A stretch of 64,000 nt of DNA from an uncultured bacterium (GCA_903864515.1 CAIPFZ010000018.1:17290-81289), one strand, 5' to 3'. Shown: positions 1 through 10,281, numbered from the stretch's first letter. Notes: generated from the sequence alone by a model not told the origin. A program made the numbers and translations.

Positions 1-572
1 TACCAGGTTCAACGGCGGGATATTCTGGAGAAACATCTCAAGGTTATGGGGAATTCCAAGTTGGATCAAATTCCATATACATTCCAATGCCAAACGGTCA
101 CTCAACAATGTATGGATATGAATTTAAGACAGAATTCAATGTTGCCAGAAAGATATGGGACGCCAATAGCTACCGAGGAATTGGAAGAAACGCCGCTTTT
201 CCATTAATTCCAGGTGTATCTGTTGGTATATGTTCAAAGATAATCACTCAACTTAGAGGAATGGGTTATACAAATGGAGGAATTCCAGCTGTTGTACACT
301 TCGCTGGAGGACCAGATGTGCTAGTTAGAATTGATGACTCAGGAGATGACAGAAACATTTGCCCTAGAAATATTATTGATTTCTATATACCAAACTACAG
401 ATTTGCTACCGATTCATACAAATGGTTAGATGGTAGACCTCTTACGGGTATAGACGTGGCTCCAAACGCATCTCAACTAACAGGAACATCAATTAATAGT
501 ATTACTGGAATAAACTGGGGATATAAGTCACTATATGAGTATGACGCTGCAAACGGTGGTACTGTTGATTAA
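1..572 (+). CDS. hypothetical protein, 5'-truncated (frame open to window start)
   Basis: ORF 87..572 has no in-frame stop back to position 3, so the protein probably starts upstream of the window. No recognisable motifs. Sits immediately upstream of the T4SS-like cluster. Confidence 0.4.
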   Translation, partial: PGSTAGYSGETSQGYGEFQVGSNSIYIPMPNGHSTMYGYEFKTEFNVARKIWDANSYRGIGRNAAFPLIPGVSVGICSKIITQLRGMGYTNGGIPAVVHFAGGPDVLVRIDDSGDDRNICPRNIIDFYIPNYRFATDSYKWLDGRPLTGIDVAPNASQLTGTSINSITGINWGYKSLYEYDAANGGTVD

Positions 573-729
573 TATCAAATAAATAAAACACTCTCTTCAT
601 TATTAAAGTATTTTAGAATTTAGAATGAAGTAGGTAGGCCCTTGAATTACCACCACAAAAATAATAATTATAGATTATGTGTGTAAATAATTATTGTTTT
701 TATTCAATATGATATATAATTATCGATAA

Positions 730-3480
730 ATGAGCTTGATGAAATTTATAAACAACAAGACAGCTAAAAAAATCTTTGTGGTTGGGGTTTTGGTGTTGGG
801 GTTTTTAACGGTAAATATTTCAGACAACGGAATAATGAAGTCAGCGGGGGCCGTTACAGACGAGGAAGCATTATATTATGCAAACAATGAGCAGTATGGG
901 TACCTTGGAATGACGACAGGGGATCAAGTTAGATTATCCATGGCAATGCACAACACCTCAACTCTAGCCCTGAGTGTTAACGATATGGCTGGAGTATTTG
1001 GAACATACGGTTCATATCTAAAGGCTACAACAAACGGACAGAACAGTTCACACATAACCCCAGATCAAGTTGCTGGCACAATAACAGTCAACACAATACT
1101 AAGAAAGTTAAATGTTGACGTGTCTACAGACATAAAGGATCAAAATCTCATAGACCTTAAAAATTCAATATATCAATCAGTTATGAGCGTGTTGAGTGAC
1201 CAGGAGTGTATAGAAAACATGAAGAATGTACACAACATATCTCAAATATATGGTAGTCAAAATAACTATGAACTTATTACGGGCTGTGTAAAAAGAGTTA
1301 CAGATAACTCAGCAAATGCATTTGCCGAATACTACAAAAAAACAACGAGTGACCCAGTAAAATTAAAAAACAGGCTTCAAGCACTCGATAATCAGCAATC
1401 TGGTAATCAAAAAGCTTTAGCGGCTGCTCCTGGTGGAAATGAGGAAATATATTGTATTAAGTGGTTAGGGGGAGTAAGTATCCCAGGCTGTATTGCAATA
1501 CTTTCATATTTTATATTGTATTTAACCTCTTGGGTTCTTTTTGCGGCAGCTCTATTGTTTGATTTCACAATCAGTTACACACTATCAATGACTGATATTA
1601 TTGATGGTTTTACTTCTATACAATATGGCTGGGAGGTATTTAGAAACCTTATTAACCTGTTCTTTATATTAATATTAGTATTTATATCAATATCAACAAT
1701 ATTACAAGTTGATAGTTATGGATATAAAAAATTATTAGGAAAACTTGTTATAGCTGCAATATTGATAAACTTTAGCATGTTCTTTACTAAAGTAATAATT
1801 GACGCAAGTAATATTACCGCACTAGTCTTTTATAAGCAGATAATGGTTGATGCAAACAAAAAGAATATTGATACACCCAAGGCTGGGGACAACGTTGTAA
1901 GCTCGGCACTAACTTCTGCATCTGAGGCGGCTGGAGAATACAACAATTTATCTATGGGTATTATGGATGCGCTAGGCATGCAAACCATTTGGGGTGTTTC
2001 AAAGACAACGGGGGGTGGTACAACCGGTGGTTCAACAAAAGATGCAAATAATGACCCAGCAATTAGGTCAGCGAGTGCAGTAGCTGCTGCTGGTGGAGCT
2101 GGTCTTGGATTAAATCCATGGACAATGACACTGGTTGGTCTTGGGGGTTCTGTTTTTATACTATTTCTTTCATTCATTTTCTTGGCCGCATCATTTATGT
2201 TCTTAGCCAGAACTGTAATGTTAATAATGCTATTAGTAACCTCTCCAATAGCTTTTGCTGCAAATGTACTACCTCAAACAAAGAAACTGTCTGATAAGTG
2301 GTGGAGTAAATTAAATAGCGCTGTTTTATTTGCCCCTGTATACATGCTATTGATGTTTGTTACACTCAAAATGATTTGGGGTAGGAGTGACAAAGTAACA
2401 AATCTACTTTCAATGTTCTCAAACACTGATTCTGGTGCTATCAATTCAATATTCTTCTTCTTCCTACTATGTTTTCTACTGGTAATGTGTCTAACAGCAG
2501 CAGCCACAATTGGAACAATAGGCTCAAAAACAATGAGCAGTTGGGGGAAGAGTTTGGGAACAAAGGCGAAGAACTTTGCTATCAACAAAGCAACTTCACC
2601 TGTCAGCTACTTAGCAGACAAGGCATCAAAAAGCAGTATACTATCTAGACTACCCGGCGGAGGTATGATTCTTCAGGGTGCGGATAAGCTAGCACAATCA
2701 AAACTTGGTGGTGACTCAAGCTATAGATCAAGAGTGGACGCTGACAAGAAAACATATCAAACAAGAGGTGAATTAATCAAAAAAGCCAGAACGGGAGATT
2801 TAATTAGAAGGATGGGTGAAAGCGATGAGGAGTTTAATAAAAGAAAGAAAGATCAAGAAGGTGAGGGTAAGAAAGGACAAAGAGAATACTTGGGAATTAG
2901 TACAGCAAAAGGAGACAATCGCCTTGTTTCAAGTAGCTTTAATAAAGGTAAGCAAATGGCAATGCAGGAAATCATGAACAAAAGCCTGGCTGCAAAAACA
3001 GGTGCTTTCGTAGACATAGAAAACAAGGCTAAAAAGGATTCTTTTGCAGCCCTTAAACAAATATCTGAAAAACTTGAAGAGGCTGATGAGCACGGAGATC
3101 ACACAGAGGAGGCATTGAAGTTTATTGAAAAAATTGGAAAAGAAGGAGTTGAAAGTATGGATTTGAAGGACTTAACTAAAGTTATAGATGGATTATCTAA
3201 ACCATTCAACGATCTCACAGAACAAATTTTTCAAAACAACAAAGAGGCTCACGACCTGAGGAACAGAAGGAGTGACCCAAGTACCCCATCCACAGAATTG
3301 ATCGATATAGACAACAGACTTAGCGCTATAACCACCGACAATTTAACACATAGAAACAGGAGAGATGAATTGAGAGATATAATTAGCCTAATAGAGAAAC
3401 CTATCAACAGATGGCAAGAAAATGACGCGAGAAGTGGAACCAAGGCAGCTATCGAAGAGAATAAACCTGATAAAAAATAA
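730..3480 (+). CDS. VirB6/TrbL-like polytopic membrane protein of a T4SS-like system
   Basis: N-terminal signal/anchor, a ~240-aa extracytoplasmic domain, at least six hydrophobic helices (e.g. FILYLTSWVLFAAALLF, LGKLVIAAILINFSMFF, LFLSFIFLAASFMFLARTVMLIML), then a ~330-aa K/E-rich tail. This architecture is typical of VirB6/TrbL-family proteins. The VirB3-like and VirB4 genes follow in the same orientation. Confidence 0.55.
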   Translation: MSLMKFINNKTAKKIFVVGVLVLGFLTVNISDNGIMKSAGAVTDEEALYYANNEQYGYLGMTTGDQVRLSMAMHNTSTLALSVNDMAGVFGTYGSYLKATTNGQNSSHITPDQVAGTITVNTILRKLNVDVSTDIKDQNLIDLKNSIYQSVMSVLSDQECIENMKNVHNISQIYGSQNNYELITGCVKRVTDNSANAFAEYYKKTTSDPVKLKNRLQALDNQQSGNQKALAAAPGGNEEIYCIKWLGGVSIPGCIAILSYFILYLTSWVLFAAALLFDFTISYTLSMTDIIDGFTSIQYGWEVFRNLINLFFILILVFISISTILQVDSYGYKKLLGKLVIAAILINFSMFFTKVIIDASNITALVFYKQIMVDANKKNIDTPKAGDNVVSSALTSASEAAGEYNNLSMGIMDALGMQTIWGVSKTTGGGTTGGSTKDANNDPAIRSASAVAAAGGAGLGLNPWTMTLVGLGGSVFILFLSFIFLAASFMFLARTVMLIMLLVTSPIAFAANVLPQTKKLSDKWWSKLNSAVLFAPVYMLLMFVTLKMIWGRSDKVTNLLSMFSNTDSGAINSIFFFFLLCFLLVMCLTAAATIGTIGSKTMSSWGKSLGTKAKNFAINKATSPVSYLADKASKSSILSRLPGGGMILQGADKLAQSKLGGDSSYRSRVDADKKTYQTRGELIKKARTGDLIRRMGESDEEFNKRKKDQEGEGKKGQREYLGISTAKGDNRLVSSSFNKGKQMAMQEIMNKSLAAKTGAFVDIENKAKKDSFAALKQISEKLEEADEHGDHTEEALKFIEKIGKEGVESMDLKDLTKVIDGLSKPFNDLTEQIFQNNKEAHDLRNRRSDPSTPSTELIDIDNRLSAITTDNLTHRNRRDELRDIISLIEKPINRWQENDARSGTKAAIEENKPDKK

Positions 3481-3483
3481 CAT

Positions 3484-4281
3484 ATGATTAATTTTACAAA
3501 AACAGACTTAGAAAACAGACTTAAAACTCTTTCCAAGGAGATGCAAGATAAGTTGTTAATGTTAAGTTACGAGGACTATTTTAGAAACATAATAAATTAC
3601 AAAAACGTAAAAGATGACGAAATTTTTGATGCTGTAGGTTATGCAGCAAGAGTTGTTGCCCTCGGCTTCGCCTCCAAGCAAGAAATGTTTGATCTTATTT
3701 TGGAAGCGATAGGCGATGAAGATGAGGCTAGACATATTTTTGAAGAGATAGATAGAACAATACTTGTTCCAAATAATTTTCAAGGACTACAGCAAGATCA
3801 ACAAGAAACACCAAAAGCAGAAGTCTCGCAAGGCACATCAACTCAAGAAAACACAACAATCACAACAGAAACTGCAGAAGACATTCTTAAGGAAATTGAA
3901 AATCCAACACCGGCACCAGCATCCCTTCCAGTCTTTAAACCAGAACCTGTGATATCAACTCAAGCTCAAGCACCAGAATTAGCACCAACACAAGCGCCAC
4001 AGCAATCAACAATACAAACCCAGCAACCTATTCAAACAGAAATTCCACAGACAAATACTCCAATAAATCAAACGCAACCAACCCCAACCCAGTCAAACCC
4101 AGTATCAATGACAATGCCAACAAAAGAGCAGGTTGCGGCGCAACAAATGAATCAACCTCCCCAAGTACAAACAAACCCAAACAAAGAATCTCAACTTGAT
4201 TCCAAACTCACAGATGCAACAGCACAGCCTTTAAAATCAACATATTATAAAATAGACCCTTATAGAGAGCAATTAAAATAA
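3484..4281 (+). CDS. hypothetical protein with P/Q/T-rich low-complexity C-terminus
   Basis: Starts 4 nt after the VirB6-like stop. C-terminal half is a proline/glutamine/threonine-rich repeat (PTQAPQQSTIQTQQPIQTEIPQTNTP...). Confidence 0.4.
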   Translation: MINFTKTDLENRLKTLSKEMQDKLLMLSYEDYFRNIINYKNVKDDEIFDAVGYAARVVALGFASKQEMFDLILEAIGDEDEARHIFEEIDRTILVPNNFQGLQQDQQETPKAEVSQGTSTQENTTITTETAEDILKEIENPTPAPASLPVFKPEPVISTQAQAPELAPTQAPQQSTIQTQQPIQTEIPQTNTPINQTQPTPTQSNPVSMTMPTKEQVAAQQMNQPPQVQTNPNKESQLDSKLTDATAQPLKSTYYKIDPYREQLK

Positions 4282-4282
4282 A

Positions 4283-4612
4283 ATGACAGCAAATTCAATA
4301 GAAAGAAATAAAGAAAGATTTGATTCACTCCCTCAAGATTTTCAGCGGGCAATCAGGACAAGTGATTATGATCTAGAACTTGCAACAATAGCAAAAAAAT
4401 ACAAGCTTCATATTGATCAATCAGCCAACCTAGAAGAAACATTGGCAAAATTCATTTTTGGGGAGATAGAATCTTCAGATCTGATATCGGAAATGGAATC
4501 GAAAGTAAATATACCAAGAGATACAGCGGTTGAAATGGTGAAGGAAATAGATCAATTGATTATTACGCCCATCAGAAAAAACCTTCAAGATATTCAATCA
4601 AAGACAAGTTAG
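4283..4612 (+). CDS. hypothetical protein (T4SS cluster)
   Basis: Tightly packed (2 nt after previous stop), same strand. No motif recognised. Confidence 0.4.
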   Translation: MTANSIERNKERFDSLPQDFQRAIRTSDYDLELATIAKKYKLHIDQSANLEETLAKFIFGEIESSDLISEMESKVNIPRDTAVEMVKEIDQLIITPIRKNLQDIQSKTS

Positions 4613-4643
4613 ACTAAAACTTATGTAGATAAAATATTAAATT

Positions 4644-4680
4644 TTATCACAAAAGAAGACTTGAAATAATTGTCATGATA
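4644..4680 (+). promoter_or_regulatory. putative extended -10 promoter (TGaTATAAT) upstream of the VirB3-like gene
   Basis: The sequence ttgaaataattgtcatgatataattg contains TGATATAAT about 25 nt upstream of ATG 4697. Coordinates approximate. Confidence 0.3.
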
Positions 4681-4696
4681 TAATTGTTTTGACAAC

Positions 4697-5134
4697 ATGA
4701 GATATCAAACGCCACAATTTATTGAAGAGGATGAAAAACTATTTGGCCCCCTAACATTTAGGCAGTTTGTCTATTTAGTAGGGGGTCTTGGTATTTCATT
4801 TGTATTATACAAAACACTTCCTTTCTTGATTTCTCTATTAGTAATAATCCCAGTAATGATGACTTCAGTTGCTTTGGCATTTTACAAAGTAAATGAAAGG
4901 CCTTTTATTGATACATTAGAAGCTGCTTTCTTTTTTATGTTCTCCAACAGACTTTATACATACAAAAAAATAGACAAACCTATTAAACAGAGCATGGATG
5001 ATCAAAAGACAAGAATAGCACCTCAAATTAATCTGGGAGTCTCTAGTAGCAAACTAAAGGACTTAGCATGGAGTCTAGATATTAATGAAAAGACCAACAG
5101 CAGAGTTGGTGATAATCAAAAATTAAATATATAA
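4697..5134 (+). CDS. VirB3/PrgI-like small two-helix membrane protein
   Basis: 145 aa. N-terminal FRQFVYLVGGLGISFVLYKTLPFLISLLVIIPVMMTSVALAFY forms two TM helices. Lies directly upstream of the VirB4-type ATPase, as PrgI/VirB3 does in conjugative systems. Confidence 0.45.
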   Translation: MRYQTPQFIEEDEKLFGPLTFRQFVYLVGGLGISFVLYKTLPFLISLLVIIPVMMTSVALAFYKVNERPFIDTLEAAFFFMFSNRLYTYKKIDKPIKQSMDDQKTRIAPQINLGVSSSKLKDLAWSLDINEKTNSRVGDNQKLNI

Positions 5135-5141
5135 TTAAAAA

Positions 5142-5804
5142 ATGTCATCAAACGCATCTATAAACTCAAAACCAACTCAAGACTTTGTCCCAATTAAAGA
5201 GGTTAGGGATGGAGTTGTAATACTAAAGGATGGATCGATGAGAGCAGTTCTACTTGCTTCATCTATAAACTTTGCCCTGAAATCACAAGAGGAACAGCAA
5301 TCGGTACTTTATCAATTCCAAAACTTCTTAAATTCAATAAACTTCTCCATTCAGATATTCGTTCAATCAAGAAGACTGGATATTACACCTTATATCAACT
5401 TATTGGATGATAGAATTAAATTTCAATCTAGTGAGCTAATGAAGGTTCAAACAAGGGAATATATGGATTTTATTAGAAATCTAACAGAATCAGTAAATAT
5501 TATGACAAAGAGTTTCTTTGTTGTAATTCCATATTCACCTGCAATAATAAGTCAAAAAGGTGGTGTATTATCAGGTATTTTTGGTGGAAAGAAGGACAAG
5601 AAAGAATCTGACAATGAAGAGTTTTTACAATTTGAAGAATACAAGAGTCAATTACAACAAAGAGTTGACGTAGTAGAACAAGGACTTGCAAGATGTGGAG
5701 TTAGAGTTGCAGAACTTGGAACAGAAGAAATAATTGAGTTCTTCTACAAACTATTTAATCCAGGAACAGTAGAAAAACCAATCAACATGTCAGTAGACAG
5801 ATAG
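5142..5804 (+). CDS. hypothetical protein resembling a VirB4/TraC N-terminal domain (no NTPase motifs)
   Basis: The segment VPIKEVRDGVVILKDGSMRAVLLASSINFALKSQEEQ follows the pattern at the N-terminus of VirB4/TraC-family proteins. No Walker motifs. Sits between the VirB3-like and VirB4 genes. Confidence 0.4.
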   Translation: MSSNASINSKPTQDFVPIKEVRDGVVILKDGSMRAVLLASSINFALKSQEEQQSVLYQFQNFLNSINFSIQIFVQSRRLDITPYINLLDDRIKFQSSELMKVQTREYMDFIRNLTESVNIMTKSFFVVIPYSPAIISQKGGVLSGIFGGKKDKKESDNEEFLQFEEYKSQLQQRVDVVEQGLARCGVRVAELGTEEIIEFFYKLFNPGTVEKPINMSVDR

Positions 5805-5839
5805 AATTTTTATGCATTTTAGCGTACAATTAGAACAAC

Positions 5840-7687
5840 ATGAGTTTACTAGATTTTTTAAAAAAACAACCACAAGAAAGTTCTCCAATTAGTTCCATTC
5901 TACCAAAGGAAATTTATCAATCTGGTGTTTTGGAATTACAGGACATTATCGCACCGTCTGGCCTTAAGATAAGTCCAAAGACAATAAATCTTGGGGAAAA
6001 AATAGTTAGAACCTTCTTTGTTATATCTTATCCAAGATTTCTATCATCAAATTGGTTCTCTCCAATAATTAACCTAGATAAAGTCTTTGATATTTCTATT
6101 TTTGTACACCCAATAGATACATCTACAATATTAAGACAATTTACAAAAAAAGTTGCAGACATTGAAGTTGATATAAGTACAAGAGAAACAAAAGGATTGG
6201 TTAGAGATCCAAAACTTGATACCGCCTATCAAGATCTAGAAGAGCTCCGAGACAAGCTACAACAAGCACAGGAGAGACTTTTTGATGTAGGCCTATACCT
6301 TTCCATATATGGAGAGAATGAGCAGGAATTGGACAAAATTGAGTCTGAAATCAAATCAATACTTGAATCTAATCTTGTATTCATTAAACCCGCTCTATTT
6401 CAACAAGAACAAGGCTTTCAAAGTGTTCTTCCGATAGGTGAAGACAAGCTAGGTGTTCACTCAAAACTAAACTCAGAGCCATTGTCTAGTATTTTTCCTT
6501 TTATCTCTTTTGACCTTACATCCGATAAGGGAATTTTGTACGGAATTAATAGACACAACTCGAGTCTAATTCTTTTTGATAGATTTTCTCTAGAAAACTA
6601 TAACTCTGTTACTTTTGCTAAAGCAGGATCTGGTAAGTCATATCAAACAAAGCTAGAAATCATCAGATCCATGATGTTTGATACAGATGTCATAGTTCTT
6701 GACCCAGAGCGAGAATATGAATACCTTGCAGAAGCAACAGGAGGAAGATATTTCAATATTTCATTAACATCAGAACACCATATTAATCCCTTTGACTTAC
6801 CTGTACCAAGAGAAGGTGAATCTTCAGCGGATGTTTTAAGATCCAACATTATCAACCTTGTTGGTTTGTTTAGAATAATGCTTGGAGGACTTACACCAGA
6901 AGAGGATGCTGTTATGGACAGAGCAATCACTGAGACCTATGCCCTTAAGGATATTACTCCTGAATCTAATTTTGCTGCCGCTGAACCACCACTTATGTCA
7001 GACTTTGAGCTTGTTCTTGGTGGAATGGAAGGTGGAGAATCATTGGCTCAAAGATTAACTAAATATACCAAAGGAACATGGGCGGGTTTTATCAACAGAC
7101 CTTCAAATATTGATATCAACAAAAAATTTGTGGTCTTTTCACTTAGAGACATGGAAGAGGAATTGAAACCTGTTGCGATGTATATTGTTATGCACTACAT
7201 TTGGAATGCAATTAGAAAAGAATTAAAGAAGAGACTCTTGGTTATTGACGAGGCGTGGTATTTGATGAAGTCTGAGGACACAGCATCATTCCTTCTTGGA
7301 TTAGCTAAAAGAGGTAGAAAATATTATTTGGGTCTTGCGACAATTACACAAGACGTTGAAGACTTTCTAAAATCCCCTTATGGATTACCAATTATTTCCA
7401 ACTCTTCTATTCAAATCCTACTTAAACAATCTCCATCGTCAATTGATATTGTTCAAAAAACCTTTAATTTAACTGATGAGGAAAAATATCTTCTCCTTGA
7501 GTCAGATGTAGGAGAGGGAATGTTCTTCGCTGGACTTAAGCACGTGGCAATCAAAGTCATTGCATCGTATACAGAAAATCAGATTATTACATCAAAGCCA
7601 TCTGAGGTTTTGCAAATAAAGAAGGAAAAGGCTGAGTTGGCTGAGCAAAGAGCAACTGAGATGGAAAATCTAAAGAGAAGTATTTAA
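5840..7687 (+). CDS. virB4: VirB4/TrbE/CagE-family T4SS ATPase
   Basis: Walker A FAKAGSGKSY, Walker B/DEAW motif LLVIDEAWYLM, and the typical N-terminal VirB4 domain (IVRTFFVISYPRFLSSNWFSPIINLDKVFDISIFVHP). Confidence 0.8.
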   Translation: MSLLDFLKKQPQESSPISSILPKEIYQSGVLELQDIIAPSGLKISPKTINLGEKIVRTFFVISYPRFLSSNWFSPIINLDKVFDISIFVHPIDTSTILRQFTKKVADIEVDISTRETKGLVRDPKLDTAYQDLEELRDKLQQAQERLFDVGLYLSIYGENEQELDKIESEIKSILESNLVFIKPALFQQEQGFQSVLPIGEDKLGVHSKLNSEPLSSIFPFISFDLTSDKGILYGINRHNSSLILFDRFSLENYNSVTFAKAGSGKSYQTKLEIIRSMMFDTDVIVLDPEREYEYLAEATGGRYFNISLTSEHHINPFDLPVPREGESSADVLRSNIINLVGLFRIMLGGLTPEEDAVMDRAITETYALKDITPESNFAAAEPPLMSDFELVLGGMEGGESLAQRLTKYTKGTWAGFINRPSNIDINKKFVVFSLRDMEEELKPVAMYIVMHYIWNAIRKELKKRLLVIDEAWYLMKSEDTASFLLGLAKRGRKYYLGLATITQDVEDFLKSPYGLPIISNSSIQILLKQSPSSIDIVQKTFNLTDEEKYLLLESDVGEGMFFAGLKHVAIKVIASYTENQIITSKPSEVLQIKKEKAELAEQRATEMENLKRSI

Positions 7688-7720
7688 ATCAGTTGCAGGG
7701 AGGTATATTATATGTTTAAT

Positions 7721-7750
7721 AAAGAAGCTTTTTTAAAAAAAGGCTTTTTT
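7721..7750 (+). terminator. putative intrinsic terminator after virB4
   Basis: A/U-rich hairpin aaagaagcttttttaaaaaaaggctttttt followed by a T run. Confidence 0.3.
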
Positions 7751-7780
7751 ATTATCCTGTAGTCTGTTAATATATAGACA

Positions 7781-8260
7781 ATGAACGAAAGGCAAGCAGA
7801 AAGTCAATATAAACTATCAAACAAGAGAAATCCTGGTAGAAGTTCTGTTTTTAAAAAAAATGAAGAGGATGATTTTGAGGATGAAGATAGTATGTATTTA
7901 AATAGCGAAGATGAACCAGAGAAGAGGGTCTCAGTGAAAGCCTTTTTATTGTCTATAATTTTTGGCTTAGTTTTAGATGTAGTCAGCTTCTTTCTACCCA
8001 TCTTAGGTTGGTCTGTTGGCACCGTGTTAATAATTCTGTTATATTTTAAGCTTGGAGTTAAATTTCATTTTAAAAACTTAATGAAGTTTGGTGGTTGTAG
8101 CTTTATTGAATCAATTCCAGTCATAAACATGTTTCCAGCCTTTACTTTGGCTATAATTTTAAATGTTGGCCCAATGGTTTGGGGTGGAGAACAAGAAGGT
8201 GAAGAACCCTCCCAATCTGCACATAAAGTACAGAGGGCAATATCAATGATTAAAAAATAG
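7781..8260 (+). CDS. small membrane protein, acidic N-terminus plus 2-3 TM helices
   Basis: 159 aa. The first ~50 aa are D/E-rich, followed by hydrophobic helices (LLSIIFGLVLDVVSFFLPILGWSVGTVLIILLYF, MFPAFTLAIILNVGPMVW). Confidence 0.4.
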   Translation: MNERQAESQYKLSNKRNPGRSSVFKKNEEDDFEDEDSMYLNSEDEPEKRVSVKAFLLSIIFGLVLDVVSFFLPILGWSVGTVLIILLYFKLGVKFHFKNLMKFGGCSFIESIPVINMFPAFTLAIILNVGPMVWGGEQEGEEPSQSAHKVQRAISMIKK

Positions 8261-8334
8261 AATTTTTGTATTCTGTGTATAAATTCTAAACAAAAATTAG
8301 TTTACAATGTATAATTAATGATATAATTATTTAG

Positions 8335-9420
8335 ATGATTAAAATTAAAAAACAAAACTTAAGAAAAATCCTGATACTTACAGCTGTATTTTCATTTTTT
8401 GTTTTTAATCAAGATGAATACAATAGCCTATTGAAAAAGGCTGTTGCTCAAACAGGTGATGTATTGAATGTAGTTGACTCACCAATACCTGAACAAATAA
8501 AGGAAATCAAACAACAATTAGAGATTAGTGTCTCTCCAGAAACACCCAGACCAAATGAAGACGTGAATATAAACATTGAGGCTTATGGATTAGATCTAAA
8601 CTCAACTAATATACAATGGCTTATTAATGGCAAAGAACGATTAAGAGGAGATGGCGAAAAGAGATTTTCTTTTAATGTGGGTAGCGGAGGAGAAAGTAGG
8701 GTGGTGGTTAATGTTTTTCCAAAAAACCAACCTCAAATTTCAAGGAGTTTTGTCTTTAATCCATCAAATGTAGATTTATTATGGCAAGCTGAGACATATA
8801 CACCCCCTTTTTACAAAGGAAAAGCACTATTTTCACCTGAATCATCTGTAACACTGGTTGCTATACCAAATTTTACAAACGGCAACTCAAGAGTTAGCGA
8901 TTCAAATGTTGTATATAAATGGAGTATGGACAGAGAAGTGTTGGGTGATGATTCTGGATATGGTAAAAACTATTTAAAGTATAAATCAGACATAATAGAG
9001 TCAGAGAAGGAAATAGCGGTTGAAGCATACCCCTCTGGACAAGAATCAAGGAAAGGTGTCGGTAGTGCAACTCTTTCGGAGAAAAATTCCTTCGGACTAT
9101 TCTACGAAGACAACCCAACAAACGGCATAATGTTCAACTATTCTCTAACAAATCAAATAGACCTAGGTTCAAGGAGTGAATCAAAAATAAGCGTATTTCC
9201 ATATAATTTCACAACAAACAATAAAAGTTCTGGTCTACAATATACATGGTATGTAAATTCAGAGAAAATCAATATTCCAAGTAATACAAACACGGTGACA
9301 ATCAAGAGAAACAACAAGGAAAAGGTTGATTTAGCCAATGTTTTTGTTGATATATCAAACCCAACACATATAATGCAAACAACAAGAAGTGCTGTAGACT
9401 TTTTGTTCAAGAATAATTAA
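8335..9420 (+). CDS. secreted hypothetical protein (signal peptide)
   Basis: N-terminal KKQNLRKILILTAVFSFFVF is signal-peptide-like; the remainder is hydrophilic and N/S/T-rich. No catalytic motif. Confidence 0.45.
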   Translation: MIKIKKQNLRKILILTAVFSFFVFNQDEYNSLLKKAVAQTGDVLNVVDSPIPEQIKEIKQQLEISVSPETPRPNEDVNINIEAYGLDLNSTNIQWLINGKERLRGDGEKRFSFNVGSGGESRVVVNVFPKNQPQISRSFVFNPSNVDLLWQAETYTPPFYKGKALFSPESSVTLVAIPNFTNGNSRVSDSNVVYKWSMDREVLGDDSGYGKNYLKYKSDIIESEKEIAVEAYPSGQESRKGVGSATLSEKNSFGLFYEDNPTNGIMFNYSLTNQIDLGSRSESKISVFPYNFTTNNKSSGLQYTWYVNSEKINIPSNTNTVTIKRNNKEKVDLANVFVDISNPTHIMQTTRSAVDFLFKNN

Positions 9421-9517
9421 AAGGCCAAAGCGGTGGTATTGAATTATTACTGAATATTTTAAAAACTTTCCATAAATAAAATATACATCAAACATTATTT
9501 GTTGTATTATATTAATA

Positions 9518-10279
9518 ATGAATATTTTTAATCACGAAACTATTAATTTGAGTAAGAGAATTTTTTCTGGACTTATTATATTATCCTTGTTTTGTTACTC
9601 TTTCTTAATGTTTAGTTCACTAAACACTGTATTAGCGGCGGCGGATGATATGATAATAGATTTACCTCCGGTTAATGGAGTCCCTGATTCTGTTACTGTT
9701 CCACCCCTTACTGGAAACTTAACACCTGGATTAGACAGATTAGGTGATCAAGTACCAATCAGAACCGGCGCCCCACTACCCGGCGGAACACCGAACAACA
9801 ACTCCCCTGTAATCACCCCCAACCAACAACCCTTAGGAATGCTTGATCAAGATGGCCCCAATGTTTCTGAGGATTGTGGAATTTCTCCAACGAAAGGTAA
9901 ATGGAATTATTGTCTACTTGCACCTTTAAATGGCCTTATTGGTAAGCCGGGTACAAAAAAAAATACCTCTTCCTCCGGATCTACTGCTGTTGAAATATTT
10001 GATGTATCCGGAGGCTTAAGTCCATTCTTCTTCAAGGTATACAGAATTGGTGTAATGGCAGCTATTGCACTATCTATTGTAATGATATCTCTTGGAGGAA
10101 TTCAGCTGGCTACAACAGATTCAATATCCGGAACGGATTCTGGTAGAAAGAAGATCAACGCTGCTTTTGCTGGTCTGTTTATAGCCCTTTTCTCTTACGT
10201 TCTATTATATACAATCAACCCAGCCTTAGTTAATAACGGATCAGGAGATATATTTGATAAGCAAGAAATAAAGCCTTAA
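9518..10279 (+). CDS. secreted protein with C-terminal TM hairpin, possible pilin-like T4SS component
   Basis: Signal peptide, a proline-rich mature region, and a C-terminal pair of hydrophobic helices (IGVMAAIALSIVMISLGGIQLA ... AAFAGLFIALFSYVLLYTI) resembling the VirB2/TrbC pilin fold. Assignment is tentative. Confidence 0.35.
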   Translation: MNIFNHETINLSKRIFSGLIILSLFCYSFLMFSSLNTVLAAADDMIIDLPPVNGVPDSVTVPPLTGNLTPGLDRLGDQVPIRTGAPLPGGTPNNNSPVITPNQQPLGMLDQDGPNVSEDCGISPTKGKWNYCLLAPLNGLIGKPGTKKNTSSSGSTAVEIFDVSGGLSPFFFKVYRIGVMAAIALSIVMISLGGIQLATTDSISGTDSGRKKINAAFAGLFIALFSYVLLYTINPALVNNGSGDIFDKQEIKP

Positions 10280-10281
10280 AC

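Noticed and set aside
573-729. Possible promoter upstream of the VirB6-like gene (TATAAT-like motifs in atatgatatataattatcg)
   Set aside because: AT-rich background makes -10-like hexamers frequent. No convincing -35 at proper spacing, so not reported as a feature.
1830-3536. Minus-strand ORFs 1830..2177, 2274..2588, 3249..3536 and plus 3764..3952, and minus 3562..3783
   Set aside because: Entirely antisense or alternate-frame overlaps of the VirB6-like and following genes. Low-complexity translations; no independent support.
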